Of a stretch of DNA of 32,000 bases, positions 30,308 through 32,000 are shown piece after piece; position 1 is the stretch's first letter; every line of letters begins with the position of its first letter. A program made the position numbers and the translations under genes. The notes under the pieces are model-generated. The model made no database searches and was not told the DNA's origin. It was given only the letters and a program-made list of their open reading frames with translations. The stretch is taken from NCBI GenBank assembly GCA_963843975.1, contig CAWJMG010000001.1, positions 1,290,001-1,322,000 of the forward strand, written 5' to 3'. This DNA comes from an uncultured Actinomycetes bacterium (lineage in GTDB: Bacteria; Actinomycetota; Actinomycetes; S36-B12; CAIYMF01).

Positions 30308-31537
30308 TCAGGTGGGGCGGACGGCGCCGATGAAGCCGCGCAGGTACACCGAGGCGACGCGGACGTGGTCGCCGGTGTGCGGCGCGTGCACCATCAGGCC
30401 GTGGCCGAGGTACATCGCCACGTGGTGGATCGAGTTCGGGTTGCTCGTGCTGTACGCCCAGAACAGCAGGTCGCCGGGGCGGATGTCCTTGAGCGCGACC
30501 GGCGTGCCCGCGCGGTACTGCTGGCGCGAGACGCGCGGCAGGTTGAGGCCCGCCTGGCTGTAGACGCGCAGCACGAACGACGAGCAGTCGAAGCCGATCG
30601 TGCGCTCGGCGGCGCAGTCGCCGCTGTCGGTGCGGCCGTCGTCCGGCGCGAGCGAGGAGCACCAGCCGAGGCCGGGGCCGTTGCGACCGCCACCACCGGC
30701 GGAGTAGGGCGTTCCGAGCCACTTCCGGGCGTCGGTCAGGGCGGCGAGGGCGTACGGCGTGGCCGGGTCGGCCGTGGCCTCGGCGATCGCTGTGTCGACC
30801 GCGGCGTACTCGTTCTCCGGGACCGGGTTGGTCGTCCAGGGCGCGTCGAGCGCTGCCGCACGTGCGGCGGCCTCGGCCTGCGCCTGGGCGCGCGCCCGCT
30901 CGGCCTCGACCAGGCGGCGGACGGTGTCATCGGCGGCGGCCAGCGCCGCATCGGCCTGTGCGAGGTACATGGCCGCCTTGGTCGCAGCCGCGACCTTGCG
31001 GTCCTCGAGCACCCGGCGCTGCGCGGTGAGCAGGGCGAGGTCCTGGGTGCTGGCCTTCGCCGCCGCCACGCGCTCGCGGGCGTCGCTGCCGGCGATGATC
31101 GAGCCGCGGACCACGGAGTCCACGGAGGCGAGACGGTCGAGGACGTCGCCGATGTCCTGGCCCGACAGCACGCTCGCGTAGAGGGCCCCGGGGCCGCCGG
31201 TCATGTACATCTGCCGCGCCGCGTCGGCCGTGCGGCCGTCGGCCGTGCGGGCATCGAGCGTCGCGGCGTCGAGGTCCTCGTCGGCGTTGATCAGCTTGGC
31301 CACGACCTGGTCGAGCTGGCTGTTGGCGTCGCCGTAGTCCTCGGCGGCGGCCTCGGCCTCGGCGCGCAGCAGGTCGACCCTGTCGCGCAGCTGGGCGGCG
31401 GCGGCCCGGGCCTTGGTCAGGTCGGGGTCGGCGCTGGCGGCGGGGGCGCCCACGAGCAATGCCGTGGCCAGGACGGCGACGACCGACGTGATCGCCGTCG
31501 CCGCGGTCCGTGCCCGTGCGGTGCCGCGCCAGCCCAC
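30308..31537 (-). CDS. RipA-like NlpC/P60 (C40) peptidoglycan endopeptidase with coiled-coil N-domain
   Basis: 409 aa. Signal peptide (AVLATALLVGAPAASA); an Ala/Glu/Arg-rich coiled-coil region; and the C40 domain GTPYSAGGGG...GFDCSSFVLRVYSQAGLNLPRVSRQQY...GDLLFW...HHVAMYLGHGLMVHAPHTG, with the Cys and His catalytic residues present. Confidence 0.9.
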   Translation of the reverse strand: MGWRGTARARTAATAITSVVAVLATALLVGAPAASADPDLTKARAAAAQLRDRVDLLRAEAEAAAEDYGDANSQLDQVVAKLINADEDLDAATLDARTADGRTADAARQMYMTGGPGALYASVLSGQDIGDVLDRLASVDSVVRGSIIAGSDARERVAAAKASTQDLALLTAQRRVLEDRKVAAATKAAMYLAQADAALAAADDTVRRLVEAERARAQAQAEAAARAAALDAPWTTNPVPENEYAAVDTAIAEATADPATPYALAALTDARKWLGTPYSAGGGGRNGPGLGWCSSLAPDDGRTDSGDCAAERTIGFDCSSFVLRVYSQAGLNLPRVSRQQYRAGTPVALKDIRPGDLLFWAYSTSNPNSIHHVAMYLGHGLMVHAPHTGDHVRVASVYLRGFIGAVRPT

Positions 31538-31552
31538 CGTGCTCGCCGCCCC

Positions 31553-31942
31553 CTACCGGATCGGGTCGCCGGCTGAGCCGGTGCCCGTGGCGAGGATGTA
31601 CGTCTTGACCGTGGGGATGTGGCTCGCGGCGATCGTGCGGGCCTCGTGCGTGAAGGTCACCGTGACCGTGCGGTCCTTGGCGATCTTGATGCCCGAGGCG
31701 GAGACGACGTCGCCGACCTCCTGGGCGTACGTGAAGATCGCGAGCCGGACTGCCTTGTCGGACTTGCCGAGGGTCAGCTGCTCGTAGCCGAGCGCCGCCG
31801 CCTGCTGCGCGTGGTCCTGCACCTGGAGGTGGGCGGACGTCATGGAGATCGCGTCGTACCCGGCAGTGCCGATCACGGCCACCGCGAGGGTGATCTTGGC
31901 GAGGGAGCTGCACCACGATGAACCCGGCGTCGCCGGTCGCAC
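31553..31942 (-). CDS. hypothetical membrane-anchored protein (129 aa)
   Basis: Very high GC3 across the whole ORF. It has an N-terminal hydrophobic helix (LAKITLAVAVIGTAGY) and stops 15 nt upstream of the NlpC/P60 start. I recognise no family. The GTG 31942 start is uncertain. Confidence 0.6.
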   Translation of the reverse strand: MRPATPGSSWCSSLAKITLAVAVIGTAGYDAISMTSAHLQVQDHAQQAAALGYEQLTLGKSDKAVRLAIFTYAQEVGDVVSASGIKIAKDRTVTVTFTHEARTIAASHIPTVKTYILATGTGSAGDPIR

Positions 31943-32000
31943 CGAGCCGGTGGGCCGACATCGGTGCCGCGCTCGAGGAGAGGGGTTCCACTCAGGCTTC

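Overview
This is the chromosomal origin region of a very GC-rich actinobacterium (roughly 70% GC or more by eye). Gene order matches M. tuberculosis Rv0001-Rv0007 and Rv3910-Rv3924c.

Left arm, minus strand: a 41-aa DLW-39-type small protein, tRNA-Ile(GAU), a DUF3566 membrane protein, gyrA, gyrB, DUF721/DciA, recF and dnaN.

Centre: an ~860-bp non-coding DnaA-box cluster (oriC), then dnaA (minus), then a 622-bp spacer carrying more DnaA boxes.

Plus strand: rpmH, rnpA, yidD, yidC, three parS sites, jag/khpB, rsmG, parA and parB.

Right of parB, in order:
- a ddl plus class-I/II aminotransferase operon (minus);
- a small TM ORF, a GNAT-like gene and a matrixin-like metalloprotease whose reading frame is broken (plus);
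- an ECF sigma factor with a translationally coupled membrane partner (plus);
- the conserved sigM, anti-sigma, trxB, trxA, cwlM block (minus);
- DUF4126 (plus);
- a stand-alone MviN-type pseudokinase, a RipA-like NlpC/P60 endopeptidase and a 129-aa membrane-anchored hypothetical (all minus).

I saw no rRNA, CRISPR array, transposase or integrase, prophage, or recognisable defence or toxin system. I found no convincing novel multi-gene system; this is largely a conserved housekeeping locus.

The observations most worth a second look are:
- an oriC built mainly from a GTCCCCA(GG) DnaA-box variant;
- three identical asymmetric parS variants;
- a frame-broken HExxH metalloprotease;
- unlisted small ORFs: a 53-aa ORF ATGA-coupled to both rsmG and parA, a 37-aa TM ORF, and the DLW-39 ORF;
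- a low-GC3 ECF sigma module;
- a perfect SigR/SigH-type promoter at trxB;
- a pseudokinase separated from any murJ.

All coordinates and counts were derived by hand from the sequence. Start codons were re-chosen where the ORF track was clearly over-extended.
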